NCBI GenBank assembly: GCA_963849405.1
Contig: CAWKHG010000001.1
Location: 215,513-279,512 of the forward strand
DNA from: an uncultured Chloroflexia bacterium
GTDB taxonomy: Bacteria > Chloroflexota > Limnocylindria > Limnocylindrales > CSP1-4
DNA length: 64,000 nt
Reading direction: 5' to 3'
Below are positions 51,657 to 59,541 of the stretch, piece after piece; within the stretch, counting starts at the first letter, position 1, and every line of letters begins with the position of its first letter. The notes beneath the pieces are model-generated. The model had not been told where the DNA came from, searched no databases, and saw only the letters and a program-made list of their open reading frames with translations. The position numbers were made by a program, and so were the translations under genes.

Positions 51657-51885
51657 TGGTTCACCTCTGTGCAAGGCGGTCGACCCGACCTCTGTCGGTC
51701 GGGCCTTCCGACGGCTCGTCGGATCGACCGCGATCCGGTCCTTGGTGGGCCCGAGGACCCGGATAGGCACAGGCTGACCGACGCGGCGTTGCGCCAGTAC
51801 CCGCGCGGACCGGAAGCGGCTTGCGGAGACCTTTCGGTCGCCGCCGCCTGGCCGGGTTGGCTCGCAGCAGCGGCGCGACTGAGAT

Positions 51886-52179
51886 ATGGCTGACGCGCGC
51901 CCGGCCCGGTCGCAGACGCCCCTGTCGATGGCCGGGCGCCACGATCGGCCGGCCACCGATCCCGTGCGGGATCGCGATCCGAAAGGGGACTCCGTGAGCG
52001 ATCCACGCGACACGACCACCGACCCACGCGACGCAAGTGACGTCGTCGACGACGACCAGTCCGAGGACATCCGTCCGATCGACGGGCCGGCGACCGGCCG
52101 GTCAGCGCCGGTTCACGATCGCCAGGACGCCGACCACGTCGGGGTCGACTGGGAGCGGACCAGCCGCGACGAGGGCTGA
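51886..52179 (+). CDS. possible acidic, disordered hypothetical protein (97 aa)
   Basis: High GC3 in this frame (…DPRDTTTDPRDASDVVDDDQSEDIRPIDG…). No motif and no clear RBS. Confidence 0.3.
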   Translation: MADARPARSQTPLSMAGRHDRPATDPVRDRDPKGDSVSDPRDTTTDPRDASDVVDDDQSEDIRPIDGPATGRSAPVHDRQDADHVGVDWERTSRDEG

Positions 52180-52210
52180 GTTCTAGGCGCAGATGCGAGG
52201 CGCCAGGCGG

Positions 52211-52287
52211 CTTGCTGTGGTAAGACAAGGACTCTTGCGACAACAATGCAAGGGTGCTTGACGAACGAGCGTGATCACCGGTAGCCT
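52211..52287 (+). promoter_or_regulatory. efeU promoter region with two tandem CTTG-N11-CAAG inverted repeats
   Basis: CTTGctgtggtaagaCAAG (52211-52229) and CTTGCgacaacaatGCAAG (52234-52252, i.e. TTGC-N9-GCAA) sit just upstream of TTGACG (52258-52263) and TAGCCT (52282-52287). Confidence 0.5.
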
Positions 52288-52316
52288 CTTCGCGATCCCC
52301 GGACCGGATAGGAGAG

Positions 52317-53192
52317 GTGACCTTGCTCGCGACGTTCGTCATCGGCCTGCGCGAAGGCCTGGAGGCGGCCCTCATCGTCGGCATCGTGGCCGCGTTCCTG
52401 CGCCAGCGCGGGCGGAGCGACGCGCTGCGCCTTGTCTGGCTCGGGGTCGGGGTCGCCGTCGCGATCTGCCTGGCCATCGGGATCGCGCTGCAGGTCTGGT
52501 CGGGGAGCCTGCCGCAGGCCCAGCAGGAAGCCCTCGAGACTGTCGTCGGCGCCGTGGCCGTGGGCATCGTCACGTACATGATCGTCTGGATGCGCCGGCA
52601 CGCCCGGGGCCTCAAGCGGGACCTCGAGGACGCGGCCTCCGTCGCCCTGGCCCAGGGCACGACGTGGGCCCTCATCGCGATGGCCTTCTTCGCCGTCATG
52701 CGCGAGGGCCTCGAGACCTCGGTCTTCCTGCTCGCGGCCTTCAACGCGAGCGGTTCGGCGCTCGCCGCCGGAGCCGGGGCGACGCTGGGCGTCGTCGTGG
52801 CGTCCGCGATCGGCTACGGCATCTACCGCGGTGGCGTGAGGCTCGACCTCGCCCGCTTCTTCCGGCTCACGGGGATCGTCCTCGTGTTCGTCGCGGCTGG
52901 GCTCGTGGCCACGGCGCTGCACACCGCCCACGAGGCCGGCTGGATCGACGTCGGGCAGGCCCAGCTCCTCGACCTCAGTGCCATCGCGGCGCCCGGCTCC
53001 GTCCAGGCCGCCCTGCTCACGGGCGCGCTCGGCATCCAGCTCCGCCCGACGGTCATCGAGACCCTCGGCTACCTGCTGTACCTCATCCCGATGGCCCTCT
53101 ACGTGGCCTGGCCCCAGCCCCGCCGCCCCCGGCCCGTCGTCGCGGCCCCGGCAGCCACGAGCGCTCTCACCGAAGCACGGGACCACGCCTGA
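52317..53192 (+). CDS. efeU: ferrous iron permease EfeU (FTR1 family)
   Basis: Two REGLE motifs (FVIGLREGLEAALIVG; FAVMREGLETSVFLL) and 7 TMs. Confidence 0.9.
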   Translation: MTLLATFVIGLREGLEAALIVGIVAAFLRQRGRSDALRLVWLGVGVAVAICLAIGIALQVWSGSLPQAQQEALETVVGAVAVGIVTYMIVWMRRHARGLKRDLEDAASVALAQGTTWALIAMAFFAVMREGLETSVFLLAAFNASGSALAAGAGATLGVVVASAIGYGIYRGGVRLDLARFFRLTGIVLVFVAAGLVATALHTAHEAGWIDVGQAQLLDLSAIAAPGSVQAALLTGALGIQLRPTVIETLGYLLYLIPMALYVAWPQPRRPRPVVAAPAATSALTEARDHA

Positions 53193-54454
53193 TGGCCGAT
53201 CGCAGGATCGCGGCCACGTCCCGTGCGCCGGGCATGGCCGCCGGCGAAGGCGCAAGACTCCCGAGCGAAGGCGCCGCGGTGACGCGGCGCAGGACCCGGC
53301 GCACCGGAGCGGCAAGACTCGCCGGCGCCATCGGCCTCGTTGCCATGCTCGCAGCCTGCGGCAGCCCGGCGGTGTCGGCCCCGTCGTCGCCCCCAGGCTC
53401 GCCGGCGACCGGCGCAGGCGTCACGGTCGTGACCATCACCCTGACCAACGCGGGCTGCACGCCGGACCGGACATCCATCGCGGCGGGCGGCGTGACCTTC
53501 AAGGCCGTCAACGACGGCGGCGACCGCGTGTCCGAGGTCGAGATCGTCAAGGACGGCAAGATCCTGGGGGAGAAGGAGAACCTCGCGCCCGGCCTGTCGG
53601 GATCGTTCGCGCTCGAGCTCGCCGCCGGCGACTATCTCGTCGCCTGCCCGGGTGCCACGGTCCCCGAGACCGCGCTCCACGTCACGGCGGGCGCGGCCGC
53701 CGGCTCGGCCAGCCCGATCGACGCGAAGCTTGCCGCGGCCACCACCGCATACGCCGCGTACGTCGTCGACCAGGTCGGCCAGCTCGTCACGACGACCAAG
53801 GCGTTCACAGACGCCGTCATCGCCGGCGACATCCCTACGGCGAAAGCGCTCTACGGCCCGGCCCGCGTGTTCTACGAGCGCATCGAGCCGGTCGCCGAGA
53901 GCTTCGGCGACCTCGACCCCGAGATCGACGAGCGCATCGACGATGCGCCGCTGCCGGCCGACTTCACGGGCTTCCATCGCCTCGAGCAGGCGCTTTGGGA
54001 GAAGGGAGATCTCACCGACATGGCGCCGATCGCCACGAAGCTGCAGGCCGACGTCGTGAAGCTCCAGGGCCTGGTCGCGAACGAGACGTACCAGGCGGCG
54101 GCCCTGGCCAACGGGGCCGCCGAGCTGCTCGACGAGATCGCGGCGTCGAAGGTCACCGGGGAGGAGGAGCGCTACTCGCATCTCGACCTGCTCGACTTCC
54201 AGGCCAACCTCGACGGCGCCCGGACGGCGTTCGAGCTCCTGGAGCCGGCGCTCAAGGACGTGGATGCCGCGCTCGCGTCCTCGATCTCCGCGCGGTTCGC
54301 CGACGTCCAGAGGGCGCTCGACGTGCACCGCGCCGGCGACGGCTTCGTCCTCTTCTCGGAGGTGACCGCCGCCCAGGTCAGGGCCCTCGCCCAGGCGGTC
54401 GACGCCCTGGCCGAGCCGCTCTCGCAGGTCGCGGCGAAGCTCGTCGCCTCGTGA
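53192..54454 (+). CDS. efeO: iron uptake system component EfeO (cupredoxin-like N-domain plus imelysin/M75-like domain), lipoprotein
   Basis: Signal RRRTRRTGAARLAGAIGLVAMLAACGS. Contains GVTFKAVNDGGDRVSEVEIVKDGKILGEKENLAPG...YLVACPG, then YERIEPVAESFGDLDPEIDER...FTGFHRLEQALW. The start may be a later GTG. Confidence 0.85.
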   Translation: MADRRIAATSRAPGMAAGEGARLPSEGAAVTRRRTRRTGAARLAGAIGLVAMLAACGSPAVSAPSSPPGSPATGAGVTVVTITLTNAGCTPDRTSIAAGGVTFKAVNDGGDRVSEVEIVKDGKILGEKENLAPGLSGSFALELAAGDYLVACPGATVPETALHVTAGAAAGSASPIDAKLAAATTAYAAYVVDQVGQLVTTTKAFTDAVIAGDIPTAKALYGPARVFYERIEPVAESFGDLDPEIDERIDDAPLPADFTGFHRLEQALWEKGDLTDMAPIATKLQADVVKLQGLVANETYQAAALANGAAELLDEIAASKVTGEEERYSHLDLLDFQANLDGARTAFELLEPALKDVDAALASSISARFADVQRALDVHRAGDGFVLFSEVTAAQVRALAQAVDALAEPLSQVAAKLVAS

Positions 54455-55766
54455 CGAGGAGCCGCTCCGCGGCCGACACGCTCGAGGGTCCGGAGCCGCC
54501 CGCCCGCCCGTCGATCAGCCGCCGGCGCTTCCTGACGTCGGCGGCCGCGGTCACCGGCGCGGCGGCCCTCGGGGGGTTCGTCGGGTACGAGGCGGCGACA
54601 CGCCCCGGCGGCCTCGGGACGAGCGACGTCGCGGCCACCGGACCGGCGATGTACCCGTTCGACGGCGCCCACCAGGCCGGTATCGTGACGCCCGCCCAGG
54701 ATCGCCTCGCCTTCGCATCGTTCGACCTGACGACCACCAGCCGATGCCGAGCTCGAGCAGCTCCTGCGCACCTGGACCGCGGCCGCGCGGCTGATGACAC
54801 GGGCAGCACCCGTGGGCGACGTCGCGGGCGCCCCGCTCGCCCCGCCGGTCGACACGGGGGAGGCCCTCGGCCTCCATCCGGCTCGTCTCACGATCACGGT
54901 GGGATTCGGGCCGGCTCTCTTCGATGGCCGGTTCGGCCTCGCCGGTCGGCGCCCGGCCGCCCTCGCCGAGATCCCCGCGTTCCCCGGCGATGCGCTGGAG
55001 CCCGGCCGGAGCGGCGGCGACCTCGCGATCCAGGCCTGCGCCGACGACCCACAGGTCGCGTTCCACGCGGTGCGCAACCTCGCCCGGCTGGCCCGTGGCG
55101 TCGCCGTCATCCGATGGTTCCAGCTGGGCTTCGGTCGGACATCCTCCACGAGCTCCGCCCAGACGACTCCGCGCAACCTCATGGGCTTCAAGGACGGCAC
55201 GAACAACCTGCTCGCGGAGGACACCGCGAACGTGGACGCCTTCGTCTGGGCCGGCGCCGACACCGACCAGGCGTGGATGCGCGGCGGCTCCTATCTCGTC
55301 GCCCGGCGGATCCGGATGCGCATCGAGTCGTGGGATCGCACGCCGCTCGACGAGCAGGTGCGGATCATCGGCCGGGACAAGGTGACGGGAGCGCCGTTGG
55401 GCGCCACGGTCGAGCACGATCCCGTGCCCCTGGGCGCCGTCGGGGCGGACGGGGCGCCGCTGATCGACCACGGACGCCCACATCCGGCTGTCGGCTCCCG
55501 CGACCAACGGCGGGGAGCTCATCCTGCGCCGGGGCTATTCCTACACCGACGGCATGGACCAGCGTACGGGCGAGCTCGACGCCGGCCTGTTCTTCATCTG
55601 CTTCCAGCGCGACCCACGCCGCCAGTTCGTGGCCATCCAGGCGCGCCTCGCCGCGAGCGACACGCTCAACGAGTACATCCGCCACACCGGGAGCGCGGTC
55701 TTCGCCTGCCCACCGGGCAGCCGACCCGACGGTTCCTGGGGGGACCTGCTCCTGGCCGAGGGCTGA
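54451..55766 (+). CDS. efeB: Dyp-type peroxidase / deferrochelatase EfeB with Tat signal; two apparent frameshifts (near 54740 and at 55470)
   Basis: The GTG overlaps the efeO stop. Tat motif SISRRRFLTSAAAVTGAAAL. Contains YPFDGAHQAGIVTP...AFASFDLTTT, then (frame 2) DAELEQLLRTWTAAARL...GGDLAIQACADDPQVAFHAVRNL...NLMGFKDGTNN...GSYLVARRIRM, then (frame 3) DAHIRLSAP...ILRRGYSYTDG...DAGLFFICFQRDPRRQFV. Confidence 0.9.
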
Positions 55767-55778
55767 GGCTGACCTCGG

Positions 55779-56843
55779 TCAGTCGGCCCCGGCGGCCTCC
55801 GGGCCAGCGACCGGCAGGTCGTCGTAGCCTCGCCGGCGGTAGATGATCGTCGAGATGCCCCAGCTCAGCACGAAGATCGCGATGATCCCGAAGCCGATGA
55901 TCCCGAAGTCGAGGCCGCCGACGAAGTCCCAGATCCCGCCGGAGAGGCCAAGGCGCTCACCGATGATGCTCAGGACCTCGATGCCGCCGATCAGGAACGC
56001 GATCAGGACCGACACGAGCGTGATGTTCAGGTTGTAGTAGAGCTTCCGGATCGGCTTCACGTACGCCCAGCCGTAGGCGCCGAGCATCATGATCCCGTCC
56101 GTGCTGTCGACGAGCGACATCCCGGCCGCGAACAGGGCGGGCAGGATGAGGATGAAGTAGATCGGCACGTGGTTGGCGCCGGACGTCGCGGCCAGGCCGA
56201 GCAGGGCGACCTCGCTGGCGGTGTCGAAGCCGAGGCCGAACAGGACCCCGAGCGGGTACATGTGCCAGCTCTTGCGGATGAGCCGGAGGGCCGGACGGAG
56301 CATCCGGGCGAGCAGGCCCCGGTTCTGGAGGAAGTCCTCGAGGGTCTGCTCGTCGTAGGCGCCGCCCTGCGACACGCGCCGGAACATCCGGTAGATGTCG
56401 ACGAGCACGGCCAGGTTGATGAACCCGATGAGCAGCAGGAACCCGGCCGAGACGCTGGTGCCGATGAGCCCGCCGATCTCGCGGAGCGCCGGGATGTCGC
56501 TCACCAGGCCGGCGCTCAGGGCGATCACGATCGAGAGGGCGACCACGATCGTCGAGTGGCCGAGCGAGAAGAAGAGCCCGACGGCGACCGGCCGCTGGCC
56601 GTCCTGCATCAGCTTCCGGGTGGTGTTGTCGATCGCCGCGATGTGGTCGGCATCGACGGCATGGCGGAGGCCGAACGTGTATGCCAGCAGGGCCGTGGGG
56701 AGCAGGATCGGGTACTGGATGGACGCCAGGATCGCGAGGAGCCAGGCGCCGATGTTGAATGCGAACAGGAACGCGTAGACCCGCAGGATCCGGCTGCGCA
56801 GGGCGCTCGGAGTGGTCATCAGGCGCATCGCGTTCGAGAACAT
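55779..56843 (-). CDS. NiCoT-family nickel/cobalt transporter (HoxN/HupN/NixA)
   Basis: Signature FGLRHAVDADHIAAIDNTTRKL, plus LFFSLGHSTIV and LGFDTASEVALLG. Confidence 0.9.
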   Translation of the reverse strand: MFSNAMRLMTTPSALRSRILRVYAFLFAFNIGAWLLAILASIQYPILLPTALLAYTFGLRHAVDADHIAAIDNTTRKLMQDGQRPVAVGLFFSLGHSTIVVALSIVIALSAGLVSDIPALREIGGLIGTSVSAGFLLLIGFINLAVLVDIYRMFRRVSQGGAYDEQTLEDFLQNRGLLARMLRPALRLIRKSWHMYPLGVLFGLGFDTASEVALLGLAATSGANHVPIYFILILPALFAAGMSLVDSTDGIMMLGAYGWAYVKPIRKLYYNLNITLVSVLIAFLIGGIEVLSIIGERLGLSGGIWDFVGGLDFGIIGFGIIAIFVLSWGISTIIYRRRGYDDLPVAGPEAAGAD

Positions 56844-56892
56844 CGGGTCTCCCTGGACTGGACCTGGACCACTGGCCTGGAATGATGTGCTT

Positions 56893-56912
56893 TATTGCCA
56901 CTTGTGGCAATA
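56893..56912. promoter_or_regulatory. perfect 20-bp palindrome, candidate Fur-family operator in the NiCoT/fur divergent region
   Basis: TATTGCCAC-TT-GTGGCAATA (core TTGC-N8-GCAA) in an AT-rich patch, followed by TACTAT (56924-56929). Confidence 0.6.
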
Positions 56913-56969
56913 GTGACGTTGCGTACTATGGTTTCGTCCCAGCAGGCCATTTGGATCGCCGACCGACCG

Positions 56970-57431
56970 ATGAAGACCATGACGAAACCGCTCCCGGCCA
57001 GCCCGTGGCACGGCGTCCGCGAGCTCCTGCGAGCTCGCGGCCTGCGCTGGACGCCCCAGCGCCGGTCGCTCATCGACGTGCTGGCGAGGAGCGAGGGCCA
57101 TCTGAGCGGCGCCGAGATCCTCCGCCGGTGCCGCGAAGCCGACCCGCTGACGACGCCCTCGACCGTCTACCGGACGCTCGATGTCCTCGAGCTGCTGGGT
57201 CTCGTCCGGCACGGTCACGGCCAGGACGGCACGGAGGAGTACCACCTGCTCCCGTCGGATGAGCACGGCCATCTCTACTGCTCGTCGTGCGGCCGGGGCT
57301 GGGAGCTCAAGCCCCAGGAGGCGGGCGAACTCGTCGCGGCGCTCGACCGTCAGCGCGGGTTCGAGGTCGACCTGTCCCACGTCACGGTGGTCGGCCGCTG
57401 CGAGGCCTGCCGGACCGCGCCCCCCGACTGA
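56970..57431 (+). CDS. Fur-family metalloregulator (possibly nickel-responsive, Nur-like)
   Basis: LRARGLRWTPQRRSLIDVLARSEGHLSGAEILRRC...STVYRTLDVLELLGLVRHGH...HGHLYCSSCGRGWEL...GRCEACR (DNA-binding winged helix plus CxxC...CxxC). The start could also be 56928. Confidence 0.85.
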   Translation: MKTMTKPLPASPWHGVRELLRARGLRWTPQRRSLIDVLARSEGHLSGAEILRRCREADPLTTPSTVYRTLDVLELLGLVRHGHGQDGTEEYHLLPSDEHGHLYCSSCGRGWELKPQEAGELVAALDRQRGFEVDLSHVTVVGRCEACRTAPPD

Positions 57432-57438
57432 CAAGGGA

Positions 57439-57469
57439 GACGGGACGTCCCCGATGGGGACGTCCCGTC
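57439..57469. terminator. bidirectional terminator (14-bp perfect stem) after the fur-family gene
   Basis: GACGGGACGTCCCC-gat-GGGGACGTCCCGTC starts 8 nt after the stop codon. Confidence 0.75.
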
Positions 57470-57482
57470 GATCATCCGCTGT

Positions 57483-57503
57483 GCCGGGCCCCGAAAGCCC
57501 GGC
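57483..57503. terminator. second hairpin between the convergent genes
   Basis: GCCGGGC-cccgaaa-GCCCGGC. Confidence 0.4.
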
Positions 57504-57574
57504 GGGAGGTCAGCGCCGGCCGAGGCGACGCGAGCCCGTGGCCATGTTCGCGACGTGCACGATGAAGCCGATGG

Positions 57575-57982
57575 TCAGGCCGGCTCGCGGCGGAAGATGG
57601 CCGCGACCCACAGCACGATCACCTCGAGGATCGTCCAGCCGATGAACGCCACCACGGCGGCGACATCGAGGATCGAACCGGCGGAATGGAGGTTGTTCGT
57701 CCGCAGGATCCCCTCGAATGGTGCGACGAACACCTGGCTGATGTTGAGGATCGCGGAGACGAGCCCGTTCGCTTCTCGCGCATCGAGCAGGAGCAGCACG
57801 AAGCGAGCCGCGATGACGATCTGGATGAGCCCGAAGATGAGGACGACGATCCGTCGCGTCATCTCTGAACCGCCAGGACCCGACCTGGTGATGCGGCGAC
57901 TGTCCGTCCGCACCGTTTCCTGGCCCGCAACCCCCGCGGGCTCCTGGGTGACGACCGTCCGGTCGGTCTGATCGATGGACAC
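57575..57982 (-). CDS. YggT-family membrane protein, paralog of 44577..45026
   Basis: GTG start with AGGAGAAG RBS. Contains VSIDQTDRTVVTQEP...RRIVVLIFGLIQIVIAARFVLLLLDAREANGLVSAILNISQVFVAPFEGILR...ILDVAAVVAFIGWTILEVIVLWV. Confidence 0.8.
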   Translation of the reverse strand: MSIDQTDRTVVTQEPAGVAGQETVRTDSRRITRSGPGGSEMTRRIVVLIFGLIQIVIAARFVLLLLDAREANGLVSAILNISQVFVAPFEGILRTNNLHSAGSILDVAAVVAFIGWTILEVIVLWVAAIFRREPA

Positions 57983-58130
57983 TGCTTCTCCTACTGCCTC
58001 AGGCATCCGGGGAAGCGGGGGACCGCATGGCCACCGCCGGGCAACGCTCCGGCCACTGCTGCGGTTGCAGTGAACCACTCGGGGGTGCTAGTGTCAACTG
58101 TAGTGTGGTGTTAGCACAGTAGTGGGAGCG

Positions 58131-58502
58131 ATGATGGCACCATCGTTCGGAGCCACGATCCGGCAGGCGCGCGAGGTGCGCGCGCTGTCGGCGATCGAGG
58201 CGGCGCGGGCGGCCGGGATCTCGGCGGCCTACCTCAGCAAGCTCGAGAACGACGGAGTGAAGAAGCCGTCACCGCACGTCCTGCACCAGCTGAGCGAGGC
58301 ACTCGCCGTGCCCTACGCGGACCTGATGCGCCTCAATGGCTATCGGTTGCCCGGGGCGACGGCGGGGCCGGCCGGCGACTCGGTCGCGGCGGCGCTCTTC
58401 GCCGATCTGACCGACGAAGAGCGCGATGAGCTGCTCGAGTACCTGGCCTGGTACCGCGCCCGCCGGCGATCGGGACGGATCCCGATCGCGCAGCGCGGCT
58501 AG
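58131..58502 (+). CDS. XRE-family HTH transcriptional regulator
   Basis: FGATIRQAREVRALSAIEAARAAGISAAYLSKLENDGVKKPSPHVLHQLSEALAVPYADLMRLNGY. GGGAG RBS (the ORF track starts at GTG 58122). The upstream leader carries GTGCTA-N21-TAGCAC and three TAGTG repeats. Confidence 0.85.
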   Translation: MMAPSFGATIRQAREVRALSAIEAARAAGISAAYLSKLENDGVKKPSPHVLHQLSEALAVPYADLMRLNGYRLPGATAGPAGDSVAAALFADLTDEERDELLEYLAWYRARRRSGRIPIAQRG

Positions 58503-58517
58503 GGCCGTTCGGCTGGG

Positions 58518-59342
58518 CTAGGCGACCGCCCGGCGGCGCCGGTCGGTGTAGACGAGCATCCCGAGCAGGGTTCCCACGAACACGATGGCGATCGGCAGGA
58601 GCGCGCCACCGAGCGTCCCCGTGGCGACCGGCTCATCCGACAGCGTCGGCGGCGGGGTGACCGAGCCGCCACCGGAGGCCGCGGAAACGGTCCGGTTCAC
58701 GATGCTCGCGGAGCAGTTCACGAGCGAACCGCCACCGTTGGCCGAGTTGTTGCACTGGTAGACGGTCACGCCGAAGGCCGAGGATCGCGTGCCGGTCGCG
58801 CTGCAGTTCAGCCCGACGAGCGTCCCGCCGTTGGCCGTGCCGTTGCACTGGGTGATCGTCGCGTTCGTCGTCGTCGCGGGGAAGGGGTGGCAGTGGTTGG
58901 TGATGCCGCCGCCCGAGCCGACGCACTGATTCACGGTCGCCTTGCTGGCGCCCGGGCTCAAGAGGACGAAGTTGTTCGTCACGTGGACGCTGCAGCGGAG
59001 CGTGCCGCCGCCGCCATTGATGGCGTAGTTGCACTGGCGGACCCGCGACACGGGCTGGCTGAGGAACGTGGTCCTGGTCGAACACGCCGCCGTGGGGGCG
59101 CCGGCCGAGCCGTGACATTCGCGGATCGTGACCTTGGCGGACCCGCCATTGGCGGTGATCGTGTTGACGATCGTGACCTGGCAGATCAGGCCGAGCCCGC
59201 CCGTGTTGTCGACGCTGTTGCTGCAGGTCGTGGTCGGCGCGACCGTGGCCGCGGCGACAGGGGAGGCGGTCGAGAAGGCGGTCGCGGCCAGGAGGCCGAA
59301 CGCGAACACACCTGCGAACAGGATGCTGAGGGGACGACGCAT
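58518..59342 (-). CDS. secreted Cys-rich repeat protein with C-terminal membrane anchor
   Basis: Signal peptide MRRPLSILFAGVFAFGLLAATAFSTASPVAA. Six repeats, each with a Cys pair around a Gly-rich loop (e.g. QCNYAINGGGGTLRCSVHVTN, QCNGTANGGTLVGLNCSATG, QCNNSANGGGSLVNCSASIVN). Pro-rich linker, TM helix and RRRR tail. Confidence 0.75.
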   Translation of the reverse strand: MRRPLSILFAGVFAFGLLAATAFSTASPVAAATVAPTTTCSNSVDNTGGLGLICQVTIVNTITANGGSAKVTIRECHGSAGAPTAACSTRTTFLSQPVSRVRQCNYAINGGGGTLRCSVHVTNNFVLLSPGASKATVNQCVGSGGGITNHCHPFPATTTNATITQCNGTANGGTLVGLNCSATGTRSSAFGVTVYQCNNSANGGGSLVNCSASIVNRTVSAASGGGSVTPPPTLSDEPVATGTLGGALLPIAIVFVGTLLGMLVYTDRRRRAVA

Positions 59343-59541
59343 CGAGACACCGTTGGTGAGGGTCGAGCGTCGTGGCCAAGGTGTTCAGCTACAAGGAGCC
59401 CGTCGCCAGACTATGGTCGCCGCTCCGCGCCGCGGCTACGGACCATCCGTACCCTCGGACGTGGTCAGTTTGCAGTAGAGCGGTGCGCTCAGGTGTGGTT
59501 CGGGTGGGGCCTGTCTGCCGCCTGGCCGCCGACGGGACCCA

